DNA from: a virus
Taxonomy: Duplodnaviria; Caudoviricetes
DNA length: 64,000 bases
Reading direction: 5' to 3' (one strand)
IMG/VR virus record: IMGVR_UViG_3300029305_003514
Coordinates: 98,355 to 162,354 of that record
Below the pieces are notes generated by a model that saw nothing but the letters and a program-made list of their open reading frames with translations, searched no databases and was not told the DNA's origin. The position numbers and the translations under genes are program-made. Below are positions 28,301 through 38,574 of this stretch, in pieces. Position 1 is the first letter of the stretch. Every line of letters begins with the position of its first letter.

Positions 28301-31300
28301 TAGTGCAGAAGAAATGATTGCTCGTTATGATCGTAATCAGATTTATAAAGAAGGCATCCTTGACCCAGATTATCTGGCGGAAGTTTGCCCTGATTTAAGA
28401 ATTATTAAGTTAGAAGTGCCCTATTTTACTAGCGATAAAGATGAAAAAATTGGTCGTTTTATTAGTTCGACTGGTGATGAGTTAATTTCTAGTGTTGAAT
28501 GTATATACAAAAATGGTGATCCAATTTTAGATAACTGGGTTGCAACTGATATTGTACACAGCGGTCAAGGAACCTCTTCTAATAACTACGGCCCCGCAGG
28601 TCGAAATCTTGATATCATTATTAAGAGATATAGAGATAAAAAGACCGAAAAATATTTGAACGAGAATCCTATTATCACTTTAAGTGATGGCACTGAGGTT
28701 AATAAGGTTTCTTTAACAAGAAACTCTATTGATGTTAATTACTTCAATGTAAAAGTTAATATAGCTAGTTCCGAAAATGCAAATAATGCTTTGCTTGCAA
28801 AGAGATTTAATGCATATCAGCCTTATAAGCGTCCAATTGTACGTGATACTGAGGCGGAAGCAGCTAAGGTTAAGGATACTATGGAATTCCAGAATTGTGT
28901 AATCTTTGTTAAAGAAAGTGATCCAGATTTAAGTACTCATCGTGAGTTTAATGATAACAATTGGCATAAAATAGCGTAAATGTGCCAGTAAAACTCTCAC
29001 TAATATACGGCGAAACCCCAGAGATGGGCAACGCCTTCCAACTATATATTCACAATACAAAATTAATGTAAAGGAGGTGCAATATGAGTATAATAATAAA
29101 TGGAAAAGAATATTATGGCATTATTTATAAAATTGAAAACATTATAAACCATAAAGTTTATATTGGGCAAACTTCGCAAGAACGAGGTTTTAAAGATAGA
29201 TATTGCAGAAAAGGACAAGGTATAGAACGAGTATACAATAGCTATTTGTATGAACAAAAACACAATAGATCTTATAATATTCATTTGTTTAGAGCGATTG
29301 AAAAATATGGTTTTAATGCTTTTGTTATAGACGAAATATTTGATGTTGCTTTAACTGAATGTGAACTGAATGAAAAAGAAATGTTCTATATAAAACAGTT
29401 TGATAGTTTTTATAATGGTTATAATTCAACATTGGGCGGAGAAGGTATGAGTGGATATCAACCACCAACTGGTAAAAATCATCAACAAAGTGTGCGTGTA
29501 TGTCAAATTAGTCCAGATGGCAAACTAATTAAAATTTGGGATAGTTTTGGTGATATTTACAGAAAACTTGGACTTGGCAAAGGTGCGATTTCTAATGTGT
29601 GTACTGGTCGTAAAGAGACTTCAGGTGGATTTGTATGGGTGTATGAAAAAGATTACGACCCAAATAGGGATTATAGTCGCATTCCTAAAACAAGGGGAGG
29701 AAGAAATTTTTCAAAGCCAGTGTTGTTATTGGATTTAAACAATAATATTATACAAGAATTCTTTTCTGCTGTTGAAGCAAGTACATTTTTTGGGATATCT
29801 AAACAAGAAGTGAGCAGAATATGCAGACACGAAAGAAAGAAACCAAAATACAATTTAATTTTTAAAAGTGAATATATAGAGGAACAACGACTGAACGTGA
29901 GAGACATTGTATGTTGATTGCAATGTATGCAACAGTCTGAACTGCGGCTATAATCTTATAATGAAACCGCAGAGAAGAGGTCAAGTGTAAAGACACTTTT
30001 GGAAGAACCTCTTTCGCCTATAATATATAGGTATAAATAGTTGACTTCCGACAGCTATTAGTAACATATTGTTTTACGCAATCGGAAATTTTGGTGACTC
30101 TAAGAAGGGCGACGATAGTAGATTAACTGATCCATCCGACCCCTATGAGTGTATCCTTGAAGTTATGGATAATGAGCTTCCTAACTCTACTATGCCTACT
30201 GGTATAGTTGATGAAAATGGCGCTCCTGTTTATCCTATTCCTCCTGAACAGTGGGTTGCTGGCAATCCTGCTTTCGATGCCCTTGCTGGCGAACTATTTG
30301 ATGAGAGCAAGAGTGATGATAAAGAAAATGGACTAGCAGACACCTATGGCTGGCGTTATATTTACGAAGACGGAACTGATGAACAGAATGCAGAATATAA
30401 GGCATATGTTGAAAATAAGTGGCGCGAATTCTATACATTCGTAGTTACTGCTACTAATGAAGAATTTAAAGCTCATCTTGGTGACTATTGTGTGCTAAAT
30501 TCTGTAATGTATTATTATCTATTTACCCTTCGTTATACTATGACCGATAATCATGCTAAGAACTCTTTCTGGCATTATGGTAAAACTGGAGAGGTTGATT
30601 CTAATGGTAATCCAATTCGTAAATGGGATTTAAACTTTGACTATGATAATGATACATCTTTAGGAATTGATAACTATGGTCGTATGACCTATCGCTATGG
30701 TTATGAGGAAATTGACTATGTTGATGGAACAAACGATTGGGTTTGGAATGCACCACAGCATGTATTCTTCTTACGTCTACGTGAACTATTCGATGAAGAG
30801 CTTAGCGCTCTATACAACGTACTCCCAGCAGACTGTTGGAGTGCAACTTCTCTAATTAACCAGTTTAATGACTGGCAAATGCAATTCCCAGAAGAATTAT
30901 GGAGACTCGATACGGAACGTAAATATATTCGTACCTATACAGGTTCTTATATTAATGGCCCCGCATATCCCGAGTTCCTAACTGAGCGTGCTAATGGTCG
31001 TAAGAAGACTCAGCGCGCACAATATGAAAAGAATCAAGAAAAATATATGGCATCCAAATTTGGTAGTACCGTAGCTGCGGCAGATGATATCATCCTGCGC
31101 TGCTCCGTGCCTAATACCACTCTTGCCGTACCCGCAAACTTTGATATGCATCTAACTCCATATGCTTATATGTATATAAATGTTAAATATAATACCTCTC
31201 CTCCTATTAAGGTGCGTGCCGTACCTAATCAGGAATATACAATTGAGTATACTGGAGACGTAGCCGACATTATTGAGATTTATAGCGCATCCTGCTTAAA

Positions 31301-33641
31301 ATCTGTTGGTGATCTATCTGCATGCTATTTAACAAATGGTACCTTTGCTAATGCAACTAAGATTCGTGAACTTGTTCTTGGTAATGGTACTGAAGGTTAT
31401 AATAATACAAATGTTATGACTCTTGGCCTTGGTTCTAATGGCCTGTTAAATAAACTCGATATTCAAAATATGTCTGGATTAACTCATTCTCTTGAATTGT
31501 CTGGATTAAAGAATTTAGAGGAACTTTATGCATTTGGTTCAGGCGTAAGCGGCGTAGTGTTTGCTGATGGTGGTAATATTAGAGTTGTTGAAATACCAGA
31601 TGTTGGTAGCTTATCAATGAAAAATCTTAACTATCTAGTTGATGATGGATTTGAAATAACATCTTATAACAAACTATCTAAGCTTGTTGCAGAAAATTCG
31701 TTACTTGATTTAATTACTTTAATTAATGATAGCGCAAATCTATATCAAATTAGATTAGTTGGCATTGATTGGGATCTTGAAAATGTAACATTGTTAGAAC
31801 GTCTATATAATTTGGCGGGCGTAACTAACACTGATGGCAACTCTGATAGATCTGTTTTATCAGGAGCGGTTCATGTTCCCGTAATTAAAGAGAAGCAGCT
31901 TACCGATTATAATATAGCATGGCCTGATTTAAATATTGCATACAACACCTTAGTTCAGCAGTTTGCTGTTACATTTGTAAACGCAGATGGAACTATATTA
32001 GATGTTCAATATATTGACAAGGGCAGCAAGCCTGTAAACCCAATTACTAGAGAAGATAATCCAATTGCAACACCTACTCTTGAAAGTACTGTTAGCACCG
32101 ATTATGCTTTTGCGGGTTGGGACAAAGAATTTACAGATGTGTTTGCTGATATTGTAATTAACGCTACATATACTGAATCTACAAGAAAATACACAATAAA
32201 ATATGTATCTAATAATAATATTCTACAGGAAACCGTTGAATCTTATGGTAATGTTGTTTCTTATAATGGAGAAATGCCTACTTATACAGCAGAAGAAGGC
32301 GCATATAAATATTATTTATTTGACCATTGGGATAAACCTGGTTATGTAGATGGAGATAAAATAATTAATGCGGTTTATGATAGCTGCGAATATACTGAGG
32401 GCTACTTTGTAGATAAAGAAATTTCTGATATGCGCCCAGTAGAAATCTATATGATGACTAAACTCGGTGCATTAAATGTTATTTCTGTGTCCGATTATGT
32501 TGTTTCAAAAGATACTATAACAATTGAACTCGGTAAAGATTTTAGCTATGCTGATATCGAAGAGAAAGTTCTTATTGACGAAGCAGTTATTTTCAATGGT
32601 AGCAATCACATTGATACCAATGTTCAGCTTTTATCTGAAGATAGAGACTTTGTCTTAGCCATTGATTGTAAGATTGATAATGGCAACGATGTTAATGCAG
32701 TCTTTGCACAATGCTTCTCTGGCTTAGATACAAGTGGTTTTAAATTATTTTATAATAATGGTGTAAAATTATCATGGGGTAGCGCAACTACAATTCCATG
32801 CGAAGCTAATAATAGAGAAATGATTGTTCTAAGACATAAAAAGGGTGAAAATGGAGTCCACATATACACTTCTAACCTATCTGGTGACGCTCCTAATTAT
32901 GTAGAACTAAATGGCATCCATTCTATGATACACAATACATCTCTTGTATTTGGTTGTGCCAAATTAGAAGATGGCTCATATGAGCAACATGCTAAGGGCA
33001 CAGTATATTGGAGTAAAGTATGGTATGCGGATTTAGGAGAAGATATGTGTTATAAACTTGCTTCTTGGCCTCATGAAAAAATTGACCTTGAAACTTGTTG
33101 TGAAACTAATGGATCTCTTAAGCGTTATTATCTGAGCGACAATTCTGGTATGCGTTCCTCTATTACCTTCATCTCTTCTACAACGCTCTCAAGACCTATG
33201 AGAATGGATACCTCTAGTTTGAATACCGGAGGTTGGGCAGAGTATGACTTAAATAGATACTTAAATACTAGAGTACGCGACGCACTTCCTGATAAATGGA
33301 AGCAACTCTTAAAACAAGTCAAAGTTAGATCTTCTATTGGTGGTAAATCTACAGAAGTTTCTAGTTCTGATTGTTATATTTTTGTACCATCTATTTTAGA
33401 AATGGTTCCAAGCATGTCTCAAGAGCCTTATAGCAGCGAGGGCACACATATTAGTCATTTTACAACAAATCAATCAAGAATTTGCACTAATACCAATGGT
33501 ATCCCTGTAGAATATTGGACTCGTTCACCTAGCACAGACTGGGAAAATTATGTATATAGAATCTCAGCAGATGGTTATGCTCAGCCTGTTACTCAGTTAT
33601 CCGCTTATGATGTATATGCGAGAATTATGATTTCAATTTAA
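25326..33641 (+). CDS. Giant multidomain virion-type protein, spliced: join(25326..28967,30072..33641), 2403 aa; BppU-like N-terminus, CotH-kinase-like core, LRR, B-repeat-like, LamG-like and DUF6273-like C-terminus
   Basis: Splicing gives NNWH|FYAIGNFGDSKK; kinase-like QGTSS, KVNIASSE, DNHAKNSF and DYDNDTSLGIDN motifs; LSGLKNLEELY LRR; terminal YWTRSP. Confidence 0.8.
29049..29066 (+). promoter_or_regulatory. Motif TTNACAAYACAAAATTAA, copy 4, just before the RBS of the intron 2 endonuclease
   Basis: TTCACAATACAAAATTAA-tgta-AAGGAGGT...ATG 29084. Confidence 0.65.
29084..29917 (+). CDS. Intron-encoded GIY-YIG homing endonuclease with NUMOD1-like repeats
   Basis: GIIYKIENIINHKVYIGQT, EKEMFYI, GYNSTLGG; VCQISPDGKLIKIWDS. 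Confidence 0.92.
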   Translation: MSIIINGKEYYGIIYKIENIINHKVYIGQTSQERGFKDRYCRKGQGIERVYNSYLYEQKHNRSYNIHLFRAIEKYGFNAFVIDEIFDVALTECELNEKEMFYIKQFDSFYNGYNSTLGGEGMSGYQPPTGKNHQQSVRVCQISPDGKLIKIWDSFGDIYRKLGLGKGAISNVCTGRKETSGGFVWVYEKDYDPNRDYSRIPKTRGGRNFSKPVLLLDLNNNIIQEFFSAVEASTFFGISKQEVSRICRHERKKPKYNLIFKSEYIEEQRLNVRDIVC

Positions 33642-33654
33642 GGAGGATGGTCGA

Positions 33655-33969
33655 ATGTTTTATAAAGTATTAAAAGATAATCGCGTTATAGATGTTTTAG
33701 ACCGTCTAACTTTTGTTAAATATCAACCTAAACATGAGATTATGATTGCCTGTGAAGAATTTGAAGCGCAGGCAATCATTTCTTCTAATGGAGAATATAT
33801 TTGGCATATTGATGGTTTATATGGCATCCCCGTTGATGGGTACGACACAGTTGAACTAAAACAAATTGATGAATACGAATATAAGCAATTAAAAATTTTA
33901 AACATGAAAACTCCAGAAGAAATTTTAGATGCGTATACTCTTTTTCTTATTGAAGGAGGTATATTATGA
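33655..33969 (+). CDS. Putative fibre assembly chaperone-like protein
   Basis: 104 aa right after the giant protein and before an XkdX-like gene. Confidence 0.5.
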   Translation: MFYKVLKDNRVIDVLDRLTFVKYQPKHEIMIACEEFEAQAIISSNGEYIWHIDGLYGIPVDGYDTVELKQIDEYEYKQLKILNMKTPEEILDAYTLFLIEGGIL

Positions 33970-34100
33970 ATCAGTTAGTTGAAAGTTTAGCTAGATTGTA
34001 TAAAGATGGTAAAGTCTCTCAAAAAACTTTAGATTCTTTGCTTTCTAATAAAAAAATTACAGAGCTTGAGTACGCATATATTCAAGCTACTTCCAAGTAA
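33966..34100 (+). CDS. XkdX-like small protein, 44 aa (below track cutoff)
   Basis: AAGGAGG RBS; MNQLVESLARLYKDGKVSQKTLDSLLSNKKITELEYAYIQATSK. Confidence 0.65.
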   Translation: MNQLVESLARLYKDGKVSQKTLDSLLSNKKITELEYAYIQATSK

Positions 34101-34112
34101 GGGAGGGATTAA

Positions 34113-34970
34113 ATGTATACTATTTTAGTTAGTGATACAAACGAATTAGTTACTACTGTTAAAGAGCGCATTGTTCAAAGAAGTAAGTTGATTGACAACC
34201 TACACTTCTTAGTTTCCCCTACATATAAAGAATATGATATGCAAAATTTTACTGCTATGCTGGAGTATATTCTTCCTGTTAGTAGAGAACTACATAGCGA
34301 AATCTTAACGAAGTCTGACGAACTATATAAGGGCATGATTGAGTATAAGATTCCCCTCGACACCTCTATTACCAAAGAGGCGGGCAACGTAGAAATGCAA
34401 ATCACCTTTGCATATGTTGAAATGGCTCCAGATGGCCAGGTATATCAACGTGTAAGAAAAACAACCCCAACTACTCTCCAAGTTATATCTGTTCCCTCTT
34501 GGTGCGATATTGTTCCCGATGGTGCTTTAACTGCTTTAGACCAGCGTTTAATTCAGGTTGAAGCGATGATGCAGGCTGCTAATGATATGGCGCAATCCTT
34601 GTCTGATACAAAGGCAGATAACATTACATATAATAAGACAGATAATTCACTACAGCTTATGGCTAATGATAATCTCATCGGTCAAAAGGTTTATCTCAAT
34701 GGAGGCGGATCTGGTATCGCTCAAATTCGTGTAGATGACATTGGCAATCTAGTAGTAGTTTATAGCGACGGCACTGAAGAAATTATTGGTAAGCTTTCTG
34801 GTAATTGCGCGGGAATTTATATTCCTTCAATGAAAGAGGATATTATGACATTTACTCTTGCTGATAAGGCTACTGAAAATGTTATAAGCTTTGATATTGA
34901 TACTAATAATGAATGGAACCAAATTGATGGGCCAGAAGCAAAAAGTAATTATATTTGGAAAGAGATATAA
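34113..34970 (+). CDS. BppU-like baseplate/fibre-anchoring protein
   Basis: YKIPLDTSITKEAGNVEMQITF resembles the N-terminal domain of the 25326 protein (WLIDGNVTHVAGNVKFEI). Confidence 0.6.
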   Translation: MYTILVSDTNELVTTVKERIVQRSKLIDNLHFLVSPTYKEYDMQNFTAMLEYILPVSRELHSEILTKSDELYKGMIEYKIPLDTSITKEAGNVEMQITFAYVEMAPDGQVYQRVRKTTPTTLQVISVPSWCDIVPDGALTALDQRLIQVEAMMQAANDMAQSLSDTKADNITYNKTDNSLQLMANDNLIGQKVYLNGGGSGIAQIRVDDIGNLVVVYSDGTEEIIGKLSGNCAGIYIPSMKEDIMTFTLADKATENVISFDIDTNNEWNQIDGPEAKSNYIWKEI

Positions 34971-35032
34971 TTTTGTTGGTTAAGCTAAGATAGCTTTCCA
35001 TATATAATTTTTTTATGAAAGGAGAGGAAATA

Positions 35033-36364
35033 ATGGCATTTCAAAATGTACAATTTTACTTTGGTAGTCAAGCCAGATATGATGCGTTAGTTGAAAAGGA
35101 TAGTCTTGCTTTGTATTTTATTGAAGATACTCAAAGACTATATAAAGGTAACGTTCTACTTGGCGCTGGCGCTGAAGTAACAGAAAAAGCAGCAGGTTTA
35201 TTATCTGCCGAGGATTATGCTCAATTAAAAAAGTTAATTGAAGCAGGCCCTACGGCGGCACTTAAGCCTGTTGATGGTACAATCTCTATTGTAGACAATA
35301 AGATTGGCGTTAAAGTATCTAAAACAGAAGGAAATTTAGTATCTGTTAAAGATGACGGTTTATTCGCCGCAGTTGAGTCCTTATCTCTTGACAAGATTAT
35401 TGGCTTAGAGGAACGACTTAGCAACATCGAAAGTGCTGCAATTGGAGGCGTTCATTACAGAGGTAGCGTACCCACCGAGGCTGATCTTCCTAAGAATGCT
35501 GCTCAGGGTGACCTGTATGAAGTTCTTGAGGATAACAGTGAATGGTGCTTCAATGGTGAAAAGTGGTTTAAGTATGGCTATACTATAGACTATAGCCTTG
35601 TAGCTGGCACTGGTATTGCAATAGATGGTCGCAAAGTCTCTGTTAAAATCGCTCCTGATTCTCATGGTTTAACCGCTGTTGATGGTGGCATGACTATGCT
35701 TCTTGCTACCGCAGAACAAGACGGTGCAATGTCTAAGAAGGATAAGGCATTTATTGATTCTATCCCTGGTACTTATGCAACTATTGATAGACTCAAGAAA
35801 ATTGCTCTTCTTAACAAGTTTGAAATTTCTTCTAAACCTGAAGGCACAATTGTTAATTATGGCGAGAAGGAAATTCGTGTTATGTGTCCTGCCAATACTA
35901 AGTGGGTTAAACAGACTGTTGGTAATGGCGGAAATGCAAATATGTACTACATGGGCTTCAAGGCTTATGCTCCCGATGGCGCTGTAAGTTTTAAGGAAGG
36001 CGATCGTGGTGTAATCGTTGATGAGATGTTTACATTTGATAGTGCATTTGCTGGCACTGATGAGTTTGGCCGCAATTATAGTATTTGCTGGCTTGCTCTG
36101 GCTTCTTATGATGCTACTTCCGATACTTGGACTTATTTTGGTAAGAATTCTTCTGTTGAAAGATATATTGGATGGGATTATATCGTTGAATGGTATGACG
36201 CTAATGGCGTAATGATTTCTACTGACAACATCCGTATTAATCTATCTAATGAGGATTGTCATAATAATGCAATTCCTTATTATATGAATTCTTATGCAAC
36301 CGTTGAACAAATCAACGCTCTCGAAGAGAATGTGACTGAAATGTATTCTTGGAGTGAACTATAA
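35033..36364 (+). CDS. Fibre-like structural protein
   Basis: AAGLLS/DGAMSKKDK fibre motifs; YRGSVPTEADLP..QGDLY..W.FNG.KW module. Confidence 0.6.
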   Translation: MAFQNVQFYFGSQARYDALVEKDSLALYFIEDTQRLYKGNVLLGAGAEVTEKAAGLLSAEDYAQLKKLIEAGPTAALKPVDGTISIVDNKIGVKVSKTEGNLVSVKDDGLFAAVESLSLDKIIGLEERLSNIESAAIGGVHYRGSVPTEADLPKNAAQGDLYEVLEDNSEWCFNGEKWFKYGYTIDYSLVAGTGIAIDGRKVSVKIAPDSHGLTAVDGGMTMLLATAEQDGAMSKKDKAFIDSIPGTYATIDRLKKIALLNKFEISSKPEGTIVNYGEKEIRVMCPANTKWVKQTVGNGGNANMYYMGFKAYAPDGAVSFKEGDRGVIVDEMFTFDSAFAGTDEFGRNYSICWLALASYDATSDTWTYFGKNSSVERYIGWDYIVEWYDANGVMISTDNIRINLSNEDCHNNAIPYYMNSYATVEQINALEENVTEMYSWSEL

Positions 36365-36393
36365 TTTTTTAAATTTTAAGGAGGAAATTTTTT

Positions 36394-38388
36394 ATGGCTG
36401 ATATGATTAAGTTTTTTAAAGGTAGCGTAGGCTCTCTTCCCACTACTGGCGTTAATGGTGCTCTTTATATCACCACTGATGAGGGTGGTATTTATTTAGG
36501 TACTGGTACTGGCATGAAGCGCCTTGGCGACTTTGTACAGGTTGCTAATGTTGCTGCTCTACCTACTGGCGGTGCTCATGAAAATTGTCTTTACTACTGC
36601 GTAGCTGAGAACATTCTCGCTAAGTGGAATGGTACTGAGTGGAAACAGGTTAATAAACAGCCTACCGCTGACGAGATGAAGGCACTTCTTGGCCTTGGTT
36701 CTATGGCTTATAAGTCTGAGGTTGTTGAGGATGATCTAAGCTCTGCTCTTAAAGAGAAGGTAAATGCCGCTGCCGAGGGCAACCATTCTCACTCTAACAA
36801 GGCTCTTCTTGATACCTATACTCAGACTGAGGCTAACCTTGCTGATGCTGTAGCTAAGAAGCATGAGCATGCTAATAAGGCTGAGCTTGACAAGATCGTT
36901 GCTGGCGATAAGGCTAAGTGGGACGCTGTAGTTGCTGATCACCTTGTTGCTGCTGATAAGGCTGCTCTCGAGGATGCTATTGGCGATGTAAACACCGCTC
37001 TTGGTGCCGAAGTTGATCGCGCTAAGGCCGCTGAGAAGGTTAACTCTGATGCTATCGCTGCTATCAAGGATGGCGCTTCTATCGACAGCTTTGCTGATGT
37101 AGAGTCCGCTCTTGCTGGTAAGCAGGCTGTTGGCGACTACGCTACTAAGGCTGAGGCTCAGGGCTACGCTAATGCTAAGGACGAGGCTATTGCTGAGGCT
37201 AAGGCTGCTGGTACCGCCGCATCTACTGCTCTTGGTGAGTACAAGACCGCTAACGATGCTGCTGTTGCAGGTCTAGGCACTCGTATTGGCACTGCTGAGA
37301 CCGACATTGCTAACCTAAAGAGCGCTGTTGGTGAGGGCGGTTCTGTTGATGAGAAGATCGCTGCTGCTGTTAAGGTTGAGACTGATGCTCGCGCTGCTGC
37401 TGTTAAGGGCGTTCAGGATGAGCTTGATCTCTTTGAGGAGACTTATGCTACCGATAAGGCTGCTATTGAGAAGTCTATCTCTGATGAAGTTGCTGCTCGT
37501 GATGCTGGCGATAAGGCTATCGAAGCTAAGATTGGTACCGTTACTGCAGGCAAGACCGTTGTTCAGATGATTGCTGATGCTCAGGCCGCTGCTACTTATG
37601 ATGACACTGCTCTTGCTGGTCGTGTATCTACCGTTGAGGGCAAGGTTGCTACCATCGAAGGCGACTATCTAAAGGCTGCTGATAAGACCGAGGTTGAGGG
37701 TAAGATCACTGCTGAGGCTACCACTCGTAAGGCTGCTGACGATGCTTTAGATGCTCGTGTTACCGCTGTTGAGACCTTCTTTAAGACTGCTGAAGGCGAG
37801 ACCTTAGACGAGGCTCTTGATACTTTAGTTGAGCTTCAGACCTACATCACTGGCGAAGCTTCTGCTGCTGATGAGATGCTTAAGGATGTTGCTGCTAACA
37901 AGGCTGCTATCCAGACTCTAAATGCCGATGCTACTACCGCTGGTTCTGTTGATAAGAAGATTGCTGACGCTATTGCTGCTGAGAATCTTGCTCAGTATGC
38001 TACTGATGGCGATCTAGCTGGTGTTTCTAGCCGCGTTAAGGCTATTGAGGATAAGAATATCTCTACTGGCGCTAACAAGGTTGAGGCTTCTGCTACCAAT
38101 GGCAGCATCAAGATTGATGGTGTTGAAACTGTAGTTTATACTCATCCTTCTGCACACGCTATCTCTGAAGTAACTGGTCTACAGGATGCTTTAAATGCTA
38201 AGGCTACCGTTGAGGCTCTAAATGCTGAGGTTGCTCGCGCTGACGCTGCTGAGAAGGCTAACAAGGTTCTTATCGAGGCTAATGCTACTGAGATTGCTAA
38301 GAAGGCAAACGCTGCTGACGTTTATGCTAAGACTGAGACTTATAGCAAGACTGAAATTGATGCTCTTATGACTTGGGGCTCCTTTTAA
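36394..38388 (+). CDS. Ala-rich coiled-coil fibre protein, probably abundant
   Basis: EVDRAKAAE-type repeats, LDTLVEL, HAISEVTGLQDAL; codon bias as strong as MCP and tail tube. Confidence 0.7.
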   Translation: MADMIKFFKGSVGSLPTTGVNGALYITTDEGGIYLGTGTGMKRLGDFVQVANVAALPTGGAHENCLYYCVAENILAKWNGTEWKQVNKQPTADEMKALLGLGSMAYKSEVVEDDLSSALKEKVNAAAEGNHSHSNKALLDTYTQTEANLADAVAKKHEHANKAELDKIVAGDKAKWDAVVADHLVAADKAALEDAIGDVNTALGAEVDRAKAAEKVNSDAIAAIKDGASIDSFADVESALAGKQAVGDYATKAEAQGYANAKDEAIAEAKAAGTAASTALGEYKTANDAAVAGLGTRIGTAETDIANLKSAVGEGGSVDEKIAAAVKVETDARAAAVKGVQDELDLFEETYATDKAAIEKSISDEVAARDAGDKAIEAKIGTVTAGKTVVQMIADAQAAATYDDTALAGRVSTVEGKVATIEGDYLKAADKTEVEGKITAEATTRKAADDALDARVTAVETFFKTAEGETLDEALDTLVELQTYITGEASAADEMLKDVAANKAAIQTLNADATTAGSVDKKIADAIAAENLAQYATDGDLAGVSSRVKAIEDKNISTGANKVEASATNGSIKIDGVETVVYTHPSAHAISEVTGLQDALNAKATVEALNAEVARADAAEKANKVLIEANATEIAKKANAADVYAKTETYSKTEIDALMTWGSF

Positions 38389-38409
38389 TATCTATATCAT
38401 TTAAAGTTG

Positions 38410-38441
38410 AGGGCTAGCGAGGAAACTCGCTAGCCTTTTTT
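38410..38441 (+). terminator. Intrinsic terminator
   Basis: GGCTAGCGAG-GAAA-CTCGCTAGCC-TTTTTT. Confidence 0.9.
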
Positions 38442-38574
38442 ATAAAATTTATTTTTTAATTTATACCTAGTATTTTAATTTCGAAAACAATAGTTGGCTT
38501 TGGACAGTAAGATACGCAAAGTTAATTTTTATATAAAGCCAACTTCATCTAATTCTTAGAAAGGATTGATATAA

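Larger units (their letters stand above)
28968..30071 (+). ncRNA. Group I self-splicing intron in the giant kinase-like gene
   Basis: P1 UGGCAU/GUGCCA with U.G at 28967; P3 CTCTCAC/GTGAGAG; 12-bp stem CTATATATTCAC/GTGAATATATAG; R GAACAACGACTG, S ATGCAACAGTCT; terminal G 30071 restores the frame. Confidence 0.9.

Noticed and set aside
28968-30071. Free-standing endonuclease between two independent tail genes
   Set aside because: P1, P3, P6 and P7 pairings and the in-frame WH|FYAIG junction show it is intron-encoded; the TTG at 30069 has no RBS and is the intron 3' end
33200-33641. Complete diversity-generating retroelement
   Set aside because: No reverse transcriptase or adenine-variant template repeat seen in the window
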